Below the pieces are notes generated by a model, which searched no databases, had not been told where the DNA came from, and saw nothing but the letters and a program-made list of their open reading frames with translations. From Camelus dromedarius (lineage: Eukaryota), in NCBI RefSeq assembly GCF_036321535.1, contig NC_087438.1:7938001-8002000 (forward strand): a DNA stretch of 64,000 nt. Direction: 5' to 3'. The position numbers were made by a program, and so were the translations under genes. Below are positions 13,996-27,910 of the stretch, piece by piece; within the stretch, counting starts at the first letter, position 1, and each line of letters opens with the position of its first letter.

Positions 13996-14474
13996 TTGGC
14001 CTTTTATTTTTAAGAAACAAGCGTGTTGATAATCATCACCGTAGTAGTTTTTGGTTGACTGACAGATGGCACAGTGTTTATGAAAGACACAGCCTCTCAT
14101 TTAAATTTCTGTTTCATTGGCAGTGTGAAAACACACATTTTAAAAATTGCAATTCTTTTATTACTGCCAAATGGAAAATAACATCCTTCTAAAATATAAA
14201 ATTATGCTAAATACAGACATAGCAATAATAGAGAAATTGTTTTGTATCTTAGGTAGCCTATGGTTATAACAAATAATGAATATTAAAGAAAACCTAATAT
14301 ATTCCACCCAAAGGAGCTGACAGATGTGGAGAGAAAACTTTTCTATGCATTCATTTTATTTAAGTTAAATGTCTAAATTTTAAAACATTTAAACTATGTC
14401 AGGTAAGACTTCTGTTAATACCCATAAAAATTGGATGGAATGTAAAATTTGCTTAATTGTTTTCTTATTATGCA

Positions 14475-14981
14475 TGTGAATGAAAAATACTGCCAGCCGT
14501 ATCAGTAAGCAAAGGATGCTGCGGCCATCAAGTCATCAGCTGCTACCGCCGCCCCCAACAGTGAACGGAGGGAACTCAGGATGCAGACAAGGAGGCAGCT
14601 GGCCTCTGCTGTCACCCTCAGTGGTGCCGCCTGGGGGAGCTCAGGATGCGAAAGAACGGGACACTGGCCCTAGTCAGCTAGGCGCAGATCGAAGGAGTCA
14701 TTTCACGAGCCCAGACCTTTGCACCTTCCCATACTTAGAAAAGCACTAAATCCTTTAAGTTGAGATGTCTGGTTTTCTTTAATTAACAGTAACCTTTTAA
14801 TGTTCTGACTACCTGGTCTTTGTTGTAAAAACTCCTGTACATCCTGGCTCCTCCCCTACCTCTTCAGAGCAGCCCCTCAGAGTGATCTGAGAGGCTGCCA
14901 TCCCAGGCTGAGTCCTCAGAAAGCCTGCCGAATAAAACATAACTCTCAACTTTTACGTTGTACATTTTATTTCAGTCGACA
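14475..14981 (+). mobile_element. ERV1-type solo LTR (507 bp)
   Basis: TGTGA...GACA termini, perfect TSD TGCA (14471-14474, 14982-14985) and AATAAA at 14931. Homologous to 58202-58642. Confidence 0.88.
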
Positions 14982-15478
14982 TGCATACGTCTTTTTTCTT
15001 TTTCTATTTTAGGCGATGAAGTTACCAACATGTTCTGAAGATATATCTGCTCACACGCTCCTTTGTGAGAGTAATAGGCAATATTTACTGCACTAAACAT
15101 TTGCTGAGAAAAGAATTTTAGTTTTGCTCAGTTCAACTGACGTTTCCTAGGCACTGTTCTGTGATTCTTAAGGATCCCATGGATTAATAAAAGAAAAATA
15201 TAGAGGAACAAACAAGGTTTTCTGAAGCCCACAGGATGGGCATGAAACCAGCCTCCTTGGGGAGTGAGGGAACTACTTCTGGAAGAAACGACAGCAGAAT
15301 TGACTTTAAGATGTTTAAAACTGGTGAACCATACAGTGTAGAACATGGTTAAATTCTAAAATGTTTGGGGAAGTCTGTGCTTTTTAAAGTAGGGGACATG
15401 GATGGTGAGTTGGGGGAAAAAGGAGGCATCATGGCGGTTCATCTTCTTGGCCCTTATATTTACCTGAAGACTGGGGGA

Positions 15479-15532
<54 letters not shown>

Positions 15533-15539
15533 ATATAAT
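15479..15539. repeat. (TAT)n(TAA)n microsatellite
   Basis: Directly visible trinucleotide run. Confidence 0.92.
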
Positions 15540-16843
15540 CAGACTTGGACACTTTATGGAGTACTATATAAGATTTGTGGGATTTTAAAGACAAGGCACA
15601 GAATGTAAGGGAATGGTGCTTTCAGAAAGCTTCTTTGGCCAACAGTGCCCAATTCCTGCAGCTCACGTGGAGGATGGCTCTCAAGAGGGATCAGCAGTGG
15701 GAAGCTGGAGACGATGGGAGGCGCATGGAGAGGGGCACCTGCTGGCACAGAGCACCTTCCACAGGTGGGACACAGGGACAGCCAGCAAGAGACCAGGCTG
15801 GGGATGGAACAGAAAACCACATGAACAAGGAAGATCTGAGGTGCTAGCACGTGGAGACCCACCCCTGCTTTTTTGAGCAGAGGAATGATATAGGAAGTTG
15901 TGACAATCAGGCAAGAGAATTAACCAGACAGACAGCACCTGTGTGTAGTGTGTGTCGTGCAGTGTACGTCATGCAGAAGTATATCCTAGACTGGAAACAT
16001 TTTTCCAATCATTTTTCTGGCTTCTTGGAATTTATAAAGAGTATCACATGCAGGTGGGGTTTCCCACACCTCTCAGTCATTTATTTAAATTAACTTTGAT
16101 TTTCTTGTTTTGATAACTCTGTGCTCTGAGCCCAGCAAGGTAACTGGAGACACCCATTTGGTATTTCTCCACTTAGCTCTGCCCCCCAAGTCAAAGTGGA
16201 GGCTGCAGGGGATCCCAGAAGCTGAGCAAAAGGCAAAGCCCTAAGTTCTATCACTCAGAGCTCCTGGGGCTCCCCACTGACGTCTGTCGGGTTCAGCCAC
16301 TGTGACCAGCTCTTTTGAGAATCCACAAACTGGAACATGTCAGCTTCACCTCCTCACATGTTTCTCTTGAACACAAAGAAAGCTGTTACCAGGGAAATCC
16401 GTTTGCAACATGGCAACTGGAAAAATGAGTTATTCCATGATACTGCTCAGCTGATGAAATGTTATACACTCTTCATTTGGTCCATCAGCCCAAGCAGAAC
16501 ATTTATATGACACTTGGATCTTGGCATAAGAAGAAAACACACTTGTTGGCTGCATCTGTGACCTCTGAAATTTAAAAAATTATGTACTAAGAAATCCCAT
16601 CAAGTGCAATGCGGTGCATCCTAAACCCGAGTGTTAGCCTTAATGAAGAAAGAGACATTATTCTAGGCATACTGTGGATGGTTATTGCAAAAATTCTGAT
16701 AGCACCACAATTGTCCTAGTACTTTTAGTAAGTTAGTAGTGCTAAATCACACCCACGTCCATAATTTTATATGCATACGTACTATCATTTTACACACATA
16801 TAATAATATACAGTAAATATAAGTGCAAATAAGCATGTATGTA

Positions 16844-17357
16844 TAAACATACCCCCCTTATTGTACTTTGCTTTACTGCGATTTACAGACCTTGCTCTTT
16901 TTTTTTTTTTTTTTTTTTTTTACAAATTGAAGGTTTATGGCAACCCTATGTCAAACAAGTTTCTCAGTGCCATTTTTCCAACAGCATTTGCCCATTCTAT
17001 GTCTGCACCACATTGTGGTAATTCTCACAATATTTCAAACTTTTTTATTATTACTATATTTGTAATGGCGACTTGTGATCAGCGATCTCTGATGTTACTG
17101 TTAAAACAAGATTATGACTAGCTGAAGGCTCACATGATGGTTAGCATTTTTTAGCAATAAAGTCTTTTTTTAATTAAGGTATATACATTTTTTTTAGGTA
17201 TAATGCTATGGCACACTTAATAGACTATAGTATAGTGTAAACATAACTTTTATACACACTGGGAAACCAAAAACGATTGTGTGACTTGCTTTACTTCGAG
17301 GCACGATTTACTGCGGCGGTCTGGAACTGAACCTGCAGTATCTCTGAGGTCTGCCTG
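16844..17357 (+). mobile_element. Internally deleted Tigger1 (TcMar) DNA transposon
   Basis: Both Tigger1 ends are present (tacaaattgaaggtttatggcaaccc...; ...gcagtatctctgaggtctgcctg) and flanked by TA. Confidence 0.85.
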
Positions 17358-18039
17358 TAGGGATGTATCTAAAAGGGGTGGCAATTCAGAAATATCTCCT
17401 TTCCTTTTCTTTGCCACAATGGGATTCATTCAGCTCCTTCCATTATTTTATTCCAATTTAAATTTTGTAGCATCCATTTTTTCTTGCTTTTACACCCCAC
17501 TGCTTGTGGGTTCCAAGGACCTGCCGAAATAGATATTTTACCTTCCAATAAATAGCCACAGAGATTGAAAAGATGGTTATTTCTTTACATGAATAATTTC
17601 AGTTTAAAGATCTTCAGCCCTGGAGTGTGTCAGATTAAACGACTGGAACCCTAATTATAAATAACAAAATGCTCTGATTTTGCTCTTTTCTCAGACTTTA
17701 GCTCTCTGCATAGTTTATCAATACTGTTTTTAAAAACCTTCAACATATAAAATGCCAGGTGAAAAAAAGTTTCCTTATCTAATTCTACATTTAAAAGTTA
17801 CTGGATACATAAAAGCCTTGGTTTGCGTTTTAAATTCTTTAAGAATTTACAAACGTGTGTGTTATTGCATATATCATTTTCCCCCAGACTAGAAGGAAAG
17901 AGATGGTTGTCCTCGATTTTTAACAGGCTGGTAGATTTGGAGCACTAATAATGAAGCAGGGGCTTAGGCAAGAATTTTGTTTTGTTTTAAAATTCTGCAT
18001 GTACAGTAGTCAGAATCCACTTGACCTGATAAACCACCC

Positions 18040-18275
18040 AAAATAGCACATTCACCCCACATCCCGTCCCCTCTTCTTCCAGACCACAACCCTTCTCTGG
18101 ATTTCTCCTTCGCTCCCATTTACCACCTGATATATTTCATATGTATGTTTGATTTTCTGCCCCACTCCCACCCAGAGGGATTTCAGGCCATGAGAGCAGA
18201 GGTCTTACCTGGTTTACTGAATACTGAATCCCCAGGGCTGAGAGGACTACCTGGCACACAGCAGGAAATCCATAT
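18040..18275 (+). mobile_element. L2 3' fragment, followed by a short minus-strand L1 3' end at ~18295-18380
   Basis: ctgagaggactacctggcacacagcagg is an L2-type end. ttaattgaagtatagtcagtttacaatactgtgtcaatttctggtgtgcagc is an L1 3' terminus. Confidence 0.6.
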
Positions 18276-19448
18276 TATTATATTTTTTGCACCCTTTTTT
18301 TAATTGAAGTATAGTCAGTTTACAATACTGTGTCAATTTCTGGTGTGCAGCATACTGTTTCAGTCTTACATACACATACATAGTTTTGAGGATGAACTTT
18401 GAAACTTTGAAATAAAGCCAATTTTCATAATCCGTCCTTCAGGAGAAATGTCAGATGCCAAGCAAGTTGGTACTTACAGACAAAGACTTCTGGTGCCTAA
18501 GAAGAGATCTCAGAACTTCAGAACGTGATACCACCGTGAACACAACAACACTGGTCCAGCAAAGGCTATGCACATTAAAAAATTGTTTCTCTTATAACTT
18601 TATCTTTTCATTTCATGAAGTGAGAGTACTTTTACCCACAAGTTAAAAGCCGACATTATGTATAAAACACTTCTGCCCTACATACACCTGCATCTTGTTT
18701 ATAGGAGCCGATGCTGAATATATTAGCTAATTATAGATATGCAGACATCTTGTTTTCTTTAATGCAAAAAATATATAAAAGCATGCGAAATAGTGTAGTA
18801 CTCAGGCCCATGGTTAAATATCCAATTTCCATTAGATGAACTTGGGCTAAATGGTAAAGAGACCAAGAAAAGTCAAAACAATAAGGAAGACTATTCATAA
18901 TTCAAAATTTTCTCATTCTGCTGTCACTCTTCAGGGTTTAAGACACTAAATGGAAAAATCTACATTGCAAAGCAAATTATCATCTATTGATTCATTTCTT
19001 AGGGTGGTTATTGCAGAAAAATTAAATCTAGAGCCTGGAAGGCTAGCAAGAAGGGGGAAATGTTAGCTTTGGAAACTCTGAGAGATAATATGAAAAACTG
19101 TGAGATACTTATTAATACGGATACCCATGTTTACAGGGTAGGAGAACTGGCAAATGTGAATGACAAAATTAAAGAAATAATAATTTACTTTAAAGTTTTC
19201 CAAAGGGAATTTTCATGACAAGAATGGGAACTGGCCCGACATCTGATCAACGCTCTTGCTTTCAAGACCTTGGGCCGTCAAGATGGAACAGACTGACATG
19301 GTAAGGCCAAACGAGCCCAGGGAGAATGCTTTGTCAGCGGGAAGAATCCAGAACCTTATCTGCAGGCGGAGAGCTCCAGGAGCAGGAGGTCACGTGGCCT
19401 CCTTCAGTCAGAGGTGTGGCTTCCCAGGGCTTCCTTGCTCTATCAGGT

Positions 19449-19958
19449 TGTGTGGACAGAATCATGCCCCCAGCCCACCCCAGAGACACCTGTCTCCTAA
19501 CCCCTGACACCTGTAAGCATGTACATTACAGGGCAAAGGGGAATTCACGATGCAGATGCAGTTAAGGCTGCTGATTGGCTGACTTTACAATAAAGAGTCT
19601 ATCCTGGGTTTTCTGGGTGGGTCCGATGTCTTCATGAAGCCCTTTTCCATGTGGAGGAGGGAGACAGAAGGGCAGAATCCCAAAGATGGCAGCATGAGAA
19701 AGACTCACTCAGCCACCACTGGTTTTGAAGATTGAAGGGGCCATGAACCAAGGCATGTGGGAAGCCCCTAGAAACTCGAAAAGGTAAGAAAAAAGATTGT
19801 CCCCTAGAGCCTCCAGAGAGAAGCACAGCCCTGGCTTTAAGCCCAGGGAGACCAACGGTGGCCTTCTGAGCTCCAGAGCTGTGAGACAATATATTTATGT
19901 TGTATTAAGGCACAGAGTTTGAGGTAATTTATTACAGCAGCCATAGGAAGCCCATACA
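19449..19958 (+). mobile_element. MLT1D-like MaLR LTR
   Basis: Contains ccatgaaccaaggcatgtgg...ctagagcctccagagagaagcacagccctg...gtaatttattacagcagccataggaa...ataca. Confidence 0.85.
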
Positions 19959-19969
19959 CAGGGAGACTC

Positions 19970-22900
19970 AATTTAGTGTCCACCTATGGCTTGGTCACCA
20001 GGTGCTCTCCCTCCAGGCCTCACTGCTTCCATGAGCCCACGTGTGGGAAGCACAGGGTTGCCTGTCCATTCGTTTCCAACGCCCAAGTCACTGTCTCCAT
20101 AGTCAGGACCCAGAGATCCCTTCCTGCCTAACCTCCAGGGCTTGTTCTTTGGCTGCTGGCCTAGATCGCCTGGACAAATTGAAGTCTGGTAGGACCAAGG
20201 CAACCTCCTAGCTCTCTGTGTATCTGCTCTGTATACAGAAGTACCAAGGACAGGGCATTGCTCTTTGCCCAATTTCTTGACTCAATGGCTAACCCACTGG
20301 CCACTGCCCACCTGTCTGTGTTACATGATTCTTTTCTCAGATAACTTCAAGGAGGGGAGACAGAAAAAATCTTCCTAATGGGGCAGACTGCACACTGGAT
20401 GGTAGACCCTGTCCACACGAGTGATGAATGACTCACTATAACTAGTATCTTTTCAGATGGTCACTCAGAAGAATACAACCCAGCCAACTGGAAGACAAGA
20501 CCTGGAGTTTTGATTTTGGTTGTTGTCCTGAATATCACATTTTTGAAAAGCTAGTTTGGAAGGAGGCAGCCTTCCCAAAGAGTGCCCCCCACCCCCCATC
20601 CTCCATCGTTTAAGTGCTCTCGTCGGCAAGTCCTGTGCTTGCTGGACTTGTTCTGGTAAGGAGGCCTGGTTTGGGCCTATGATTTCTCTACAGAAGGGGA
20701 TGAAGCATCAAAAGAATGAAGCAGGGAACCCGGGTTCTGAGACAACCTGTTCATGTATCTAGTGGATTCCTCTGGTATAACCAAACGTTGAGGTTCTTGT
20801 GCAAATCCTCACACTTAATCAGAGAGCTTTTGGACAGACCCCTTCTTATGTCATTTTTTTCTGACATTCTCCAAGGCTTAACAGGAAATTTCAGGCCTCA
20901 AATGTCCTTTGGAGATGTAAGACATCTCTACTGGTGTCCAGCACTCAGCCACTGATCATCTTTCACAAAGTAAATGTCTAATGGCAAAATGTGGCAGTCA
21001 GTATGTTCAAAACCTTAAGGTTGCCTTTCTGCTGCCCCACTGGATTTTGCCATAAATTCCAACTTCATTGGTATTTGTGGGTATTTGTCCCTGTTTGAGT
21101 AAAGCAGCTTGGATCTCAGGCATCCAAAGTTATGCTTGACACTCTTACCCACCGAAGACCTTGGGAATTCCTCCTGTTGGGACCATCTTCAAAAGCTACT
21201 CTCCTCTTTTTCTTTTTCTTTTTCTTTTTCCCCTTTTTCTAATGGGACTTGACAATATCCTGAAATGCAATATGGTTTCTCCAGGACCCAGGGAGTTCTA
21301 TGCAGGATCATGTTTCTATTTCATTTCAGGGTGGCATCAGGGGAACCTCCTTCATCAATTGAGAAATATCCCTGATTCTTCAAATATTCCCTGTTGAATC
21401 ACCCCTTCTAATTCTGCAGAATTTTCAAGCCAGTCTCACCTTGTCATAAGTCCACCCGTGTTTCAAGTCTGTCCGCCTGCTCTTTTATTGGCCTGATAAT
21501 CATTACATCATCAAAGTCATATATCAGAGTATCTTTTAGCATCAGTGAGAGTGAGTTCCTTCACAGGAACCTGGGCCACGGGTAAGGGAATTAATGTTTC
21601 TTTGTGTGAGACCTGTTACAACAGACTGCTTCGTCTCTTGGGTAAAGGCAAATCAAGATTGGCTTTTTCTCTGAAATTGGAATTGGATGGGGGGAGAATT
21701 TTCCAGATCAATGGTAGCACTGAAACCCCTGGTGCCCATTGAGTTTCCTCATTAACTTGAATCATATTGGATACTGTCAGAGCCCTGAGGAGAACACTCT
21801 ATTTAGATCCTGTTAATCTATAAAGTCAACCTAGAAAAGCTGACTGCTTTGGTCCAACAAGTCTTTTGTATGAGGAGGTGCTGGGAGCCAGGGGACCAGT
21901 CTCTACCACCTCCTTTGTTAATACAGATATTGCCAGCACCTCCCTAGGAAATCTATTTTGTTTTAGTTTTGAGAATGCTGGACCTTGGTTGCCCAAGGGG
22001 CTCTCAGTTTATATAATCACAACCGGCTTACGGCACCATTTTTACCATACTCGTTTCCCTCGTGTGTTATGGGAGCTTAAACTCACTGTGGTCTGCACAT
22101 GTCTGGGCCAGTGGGTATAAAAAATTACTCTTTGTTTTTGAACAGCTACCTTTCCATTCTCTTTCCAAACAACCTTTAATTCTTCAATATAATGGCCAGC
22201 TAAAATTACATTGATTAAGCCCAGAAAATATGGTTTCCCAGTCTCCTGCTAATCAAACAAGCCCCAGTATGTGGCCTCAACTCTCCTGCTGGGAACATCA
22301 CAAGAATAACCCCACCCCACTCCATGCAGCAATTTGCTCTAGCAGCCAAAGGAAACTAATATATAACCTATATTCAGTGTCCTTGGACAACTGGTTTTCC
22401 ATTTCTTCCTTTAGTGACCATACAAACACCTCCCAAATCTAGTCTGTCCTAGGCAGTGCTGCCCCATTTTTGTCTAGCCTTTCCACGGCTGTTTGCACCA
22501 GCTTAAACACAGAATCCACCATCCCCTTTCATGATAAGTCAGGCAAGAGTGCCCTACCTTCCTCTTGGACATCTTCAACTAATTCTAAAATTAAGAAATA
22601 CAAGGTTCCTCTCAGAAAGGGCTCCCCAAATCACTATACCATCCATTGTTTGAGCTGAAAAGATATTTGGTCTTATTCGATTTGGGGCATGGTCACAGAT
22701 CAATCCAAGTTGGCTTCATCTGTTCATACTGCCGCTCTTCAGGGGTAATGATGGGGTTGGAGGTAATAAAGATTATTGTGCCCTTTGGGGTAAGCCTCAT
22801 CTACTATGTGTTTTACTCAGTTCAGAGGGACATGGCCTTGGATTAGAGGCAAAAGCATTAGGCTGCCTAACTACCACCTCTGATTAATTCTCGTTCTACT

Positions 22901-24750
22901 TAAACTCTGATATCACTAATACCCATTGGAAGCTACTAGTCCTTGGTTCATGATGTCTCAGTAACCCTGGTAATAATTTTTACCTGAATCCTTGCCTATA
23001 TTCATTGTGAACATTTCCCAGTTCTTTTGCCCCCAAACCTCTACAGTCCCATGTCCACGGCTCTCTGGACATGCCTAATAATGACAGATGAGACTAAAGG
23101 GAGACATTACTCTTTGAAGAGAACATTCTACTCAGAGCAAGTTCACCCATCACATCTGCCCCACCCACCTACAACACAGATATTGGCGTGCCAAGTTCAA
23201 TTTTTACATTTTTCGTGTGTCAGACTTTATATCCCTGTTAAATGCCTCAGATATTTCTGCTTGCTTGGTAAGACCCAATGGAAGCAACCCTTTGTTTGGA
23301 TTAAATTTTCTATAAAATATAAGGTTGCAAATCACCTTGGGGTGATCAAGGGGATGATGGTCATATTCCACTGAGATAGTTTCTTTCTTTTACAGATGCT
23401 AAGTCGTATGGATTCATACTAAGAATGCTCTGGACACCAAGATGGTGTTACAGAATCATTTCCATCTCTTTCAGTTTTCATAGGTCCACCTCAAACCATC
23501 TTAACAAAGTCTACAGTCTGGGTATCCATCCCACTTTGCACACCAGTTTACATGACTGATGTTAACAGTGCTGCGTGTTCCCGTGAGAAACTGACAGACT
23601 GGGGGCGCTTGGGAACAGTCACCAGCCACTAGAGACGAGGCACGGTTGCCTGCTTTGTACAGCCAAGTTTCTCTGCAAGTTAGAGAGCATGACAAGGAGT
23701 CTGAACCTAAATGGTGCAGTTACTGTTTGTTAGACCTATCTGGACATGCCAAACAAGCTCGGGGGGCAAGATTCCAGAAGTTCATTTGCAGAAGGAATTG
23801 CGAGAAGGGAGAGCTGGGCAGTTGGATTCAGTAGCAGAGCCTTAATATTTAGGAAGAAGGGTAATTCTGGGTAGAGCCTGGTTTTTACCTCTTGGATCAA
23901 TCAGCCTCTTTTGGAGTCTGATATGGACTGTACAAAATGCGGAGGCTATAAGTAAAACAGGTGACATCTGCTTTATCTTGCTGCTTTCCCAATCCATAAA
24001 AGAAACAGAAACACTAAATCAGGAGTGGTACAGAGGCATTCTCACCACTTTGACATTTCTAGGCTTTGAAAGATCTATCAGATGCATGGCAGGGGTGATG
24101 GTTGACACGAGGACATGGTGGTTCCCACTAGAAGGGGCAACACTGCCTGGCAATGGCAGCAGGTTGGCAAAGTACACTGATGGAGGGTGTCAGAAGTGCT
24201 TGGCAGGCCAAACCAGGAACGAGCCATCGGTATAATGATACCAGTCAAGGATAGCTTGCTTGTAATCACCATCATTGCCTCCTGTGGGCATCAGGTACCC
24301 TCTCTGTGCAGCCAACAGCAGCAAGGGAGGAAGGAAATGGTGCCTCTCATCCCATAGCTGACAGGCATGTTTCTGAACAAAGATACCTTCTAGGCGACCA
24401 ACAGAAATCACCGGACGTGTCTCTGGTGGGGAAAGGGGTGACTCTGTAGGATTTTTATCAGCAGAAAGAGGAAATATCCCGTGAAACATGTATTCAGGTA
24501 CATCTTTTACTGAAAGAACTCTGATGACATTTCAGCATCTCTGTTGATAGAGAGTTCTTTCTCTTGTGATCTGATTTCAGTATCTCTTAGAACAGGGTAG
24601 AGTAATTTTAGCCCGCAAACAGGGGACCCGGTTCTCACCCCACCTCCTCAGCTCCACCCTGCTTCTCACCAGGAGTCCCCAGACCAGCTCCATCTTGAAA
24701 GGAGAACTCTAGGAGACAATCTGAGGGAAGCGTTCTGCCAAATGTGCAAG
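19970..24750 (-). mobile_element. Highly decayed ERV-L-class (class III) internal region: gag-pro-RT-RNase H
   Basis: Minus-strand remnants in retroviral order: gag end DL(W)RCL.YG..KEEMENQ (~22385-22445); protease HTGA (~22260-22272, tentative); RT ID*QDLNRV (21795-21821), IDLENS..SQS*FAFTQE..LTQRNINS (~21588-21712) and YDFDDVMII (21491-21524); RNase H TDRWAVASGLAIESRNW (~20268-20320). Outer limits are approximate. Confidence 0.78.
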
Positions 24751-27700
24751 CCACCAGTTTACCATTCATATGTGACGTTATTTGTGTCACCGAGGTGCAA
24801 GAGAAAAATAGAAGGGGGATATTTATGAGGGAAACATTTTATCCCTGGTATGCTTCCCCATCGCCTGTGAAGGCGGTAAAATCTATATAAAACATCAAAA
24901 TTGAGAGTATTTGCATTATATGTAAAAGAATAGGGGATGCCCAGAAAGAGAACCCTTTTCTTCACTAGTGGAGCAGGAAGGGGAGAAACTGGCTTAAATG
25001 CTATACATAGAGGTGGTGGCAACAGAAGAGACAGTAGTTAAAGCAGAATGAAATGGAGGAGGTGTCAGGGAATCGGGGAGGTCTGGGGAGGTTCACTGGG
25101 ATCTAAGGGTAACGCAGAGAGGACCTCCCACTTCACACATCTTTTTATTTTCCAGCCTCCTAGAATCTAGTTTCTAACCCTCATTCCCAATCTCCCTTCA
25201 TTCAGTCCACACAGTGGAGTCTCAAAACTTACACACCCTTCCCAAAATGACACGGTGACTGTTTTCTCACTCCCTTTCAAGTGTCTCTCTTTTCCGGGAG
25301 CCCTTGCCCCCGACAGCAGATCCCATCACCTGTGGTTTGTAGCAGGGATGGGCTCCACTCCTGCCCCAAAACCCACAGGGAAGGCATGGGGAACCTGCAA
25401 TCTAAGCAGAGTGTTGGAGGTCCATTCCTGGAATACTTTTGGCCTCTCCCCGGAAACGCAAAGAGACCGGATATTACAGTCTTACTCACCCACAGCTGCA
25501 GTTTCACACACTGCTATAGCTCAGGGACATTTGGGGTTAATGAGGCTCTTGTGAGCTGTCCTGGGGAGCCTGCTCTCCTTATATACCACCGTTCGCAGGG
25601 AAAATACATCTCAGCTGTAAGATTCTTTCCTTCAAACAATCCTTGGAAACTGAAGACAGCCAAAGGAAATGCAGAAATCGTTCCATATGTAAAAGTAAAT
25701 GCTAATAACAAAAGAGTTAATGCCTACTCGGTGTCTTACTTTTATTCAAGAGGCAAATTAATGAAGGATTGTAAATGCAGAAGAGAAATTTGAATTTTGA
25801 AGAGCCCTTGACAAAAGAGATTTTTTTTCTTTCACTTACATTACGGGTTTGGTTAAAAAGTGCACTGGGGCTACCGAGCATGAACAGCCATCATGTAATG
25901 ATCACCTATAGCTTTCCTCAAAACACTTAAAAAACACTTGTAATAATGAAGTGCACCTAATAAGGAAGACGTGTGAAAAAACACCTCCAGGAGAATCTGG
26001 GTATAAAGATACATTTCTTCCAATAAGAATCTGATTCTGAGTAACTGAAATGCGAGCTAGAAACCCACATACACCGAAAATAAGTCAGACAGGCTCTTGC
26101 CCTCCGTGGTATCTGGCTCCGGTGGTGCTCCGCACTTCCAGGATGGCACACACCAGCACGCAGAACGCAGGGCCATTAATGAATTTGCGAGTTCCATCAG
26201 AGTGAGGAGGTCTGACACTGGATGTAGAGTGAAATGGAACAACAATCTTGGTGAAGTGATCAGAGGCTCAAAAGAGATGAGAGCAAGATCATTTACTTAG
26301 AGTGGATTAATGAAACAGGTCACGGAAATACAGGAGAGCACAGAACTGCAATGAAATCACAAAAGGGAGAAGTGAGCGTCCTAAGGCATGTGTGAGCCTA
26401 ATGTGATGTGGACGCTCCTTGTGCTGTTTCAACCCATAATTTGACAAAATGTTGTCCCCAGTTCTCTGTGCCAGGAAAACCTAGAGACTGTTTGGAAAGG
26501 GAAAAATCAAAAGGATGACAGATAAACAAGATGCCTCTTTCTTGGTTCAATGATTTTAGAGGTCTCTCACTCAAACAAAGTCTACTGGTGGTGAATCGGC
26601 AGCAATAAGCAGCAAAGTGTTTGCAGAAGGACAGAAGCCAGGTTTTTTTTCTGCCATCTCTCTTAAAAGTCAAAGGCAAAAAATATCTTTAATGCCAGCT
26701 GAGGAAATTCAGGGTGGATGTGAAGTTGGACTGTGTCCCTGAATAAGGGGTTCGCTCTTCAGGTAGAGGTCTTCTTTTCTAAAATATGACATAGGAAATG
26801 TGCCAAGAAAAAAAAAAAAAAAGCCTGGTGAGAAATCAGTAAGATAGACTGGGGTCCTCTACCTGTGATGCAAATGTAACAGACTGACATTTACACAGGT
26901 CATCTGTTTCTTTTGTTAATTATCAGAAAGAACACACACCAATTCAGGGAGCGGGCTGATAAAAAAGGTAACTCATTAAAATAGAAGGAGAGCGTGGTCC
27001 AAAGAAGAAATAAAGTGAAAGTAACCCGGCAAGGAAACTTCAAAGACTAGAAGAACACCTGGTACATCATTGTCCCCGAGCCCTGACCCAGCTTCGCAGA
27101 CTGCTCTCTGACTCACCGGTGTCTTGCAAAGAGAACCTTCTGTACTTGGTGGTTCTAATCAGGACTCTCGCTGCAGGCTGGCTGCACTTCAACACAACAT
27201 CAGTCTGACTGCTTAACAATGCCAATTTTGGTTATTAAGATGGCCTCGTTCCAGCTGCAAAGGGGGATTCCTGACGGTTCTATAACTTCAGTCCCAGTGC
27301 CCTGCCCGTCCTCCAACATCCCACCCTCCGGGGTCAGGCTGGATCATGACCTCCAGCCCCCGGTGCTCTTCCCCCCTACTCCTCCCTCCTTGCTCCTTCT
27401 CTTCTGCTGTCAGTGGCAGGGGGAAGACGTGTTTCCTCGCACAGAGGCAGTCCCGAGGCTGTCTCTGATGTTGGTCTCCGCCAGGGTGGCCGTGGCTGGG
27501 GAGGCGGTACAGCCAGGTGGCTGTAGCTCTCTGCTGTCCCACGTAGACGGCCTCACTCCGCATCTTCAGATCCCATCCTGCTCATCCAGAAACGCCCACA
27601 GTCCTGCAGGAACATACCTACGTCCCAACACTGCTGGCCTTATCTCTCCTGCCGTGGTCCATCTTTCCTGAAGGGAAGGAACCGTGAGGGAACACGGTCC

Positions 27701-27910
27701 TTGCCATTAGGTCTGACCTCTCTGCTACCGCTCCCCTGTGCTCTGATGGCACAAGGCAAGTCACCAGCTCGGAAACTGGGCTGATGGTGATGCCAGTCCT
27801 CCATTTTCACTGCCACCTACAAACTATGGGCTGTTCTGGTCCATAGGACCATTCTTTCCCCCACATGGCTTCCTTCTCTCTTCCAGTTCTCCTGTTAAGC
27901 TTCTCAACAG

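Noticed and set aside
19970..24750. Domesticated (intact) retroviral gene within the ERV-L fossil
   Set aside because: No long ORF. Motifs are broken by stops and frameshifts, and the putative protease catalytic Asp is lost.
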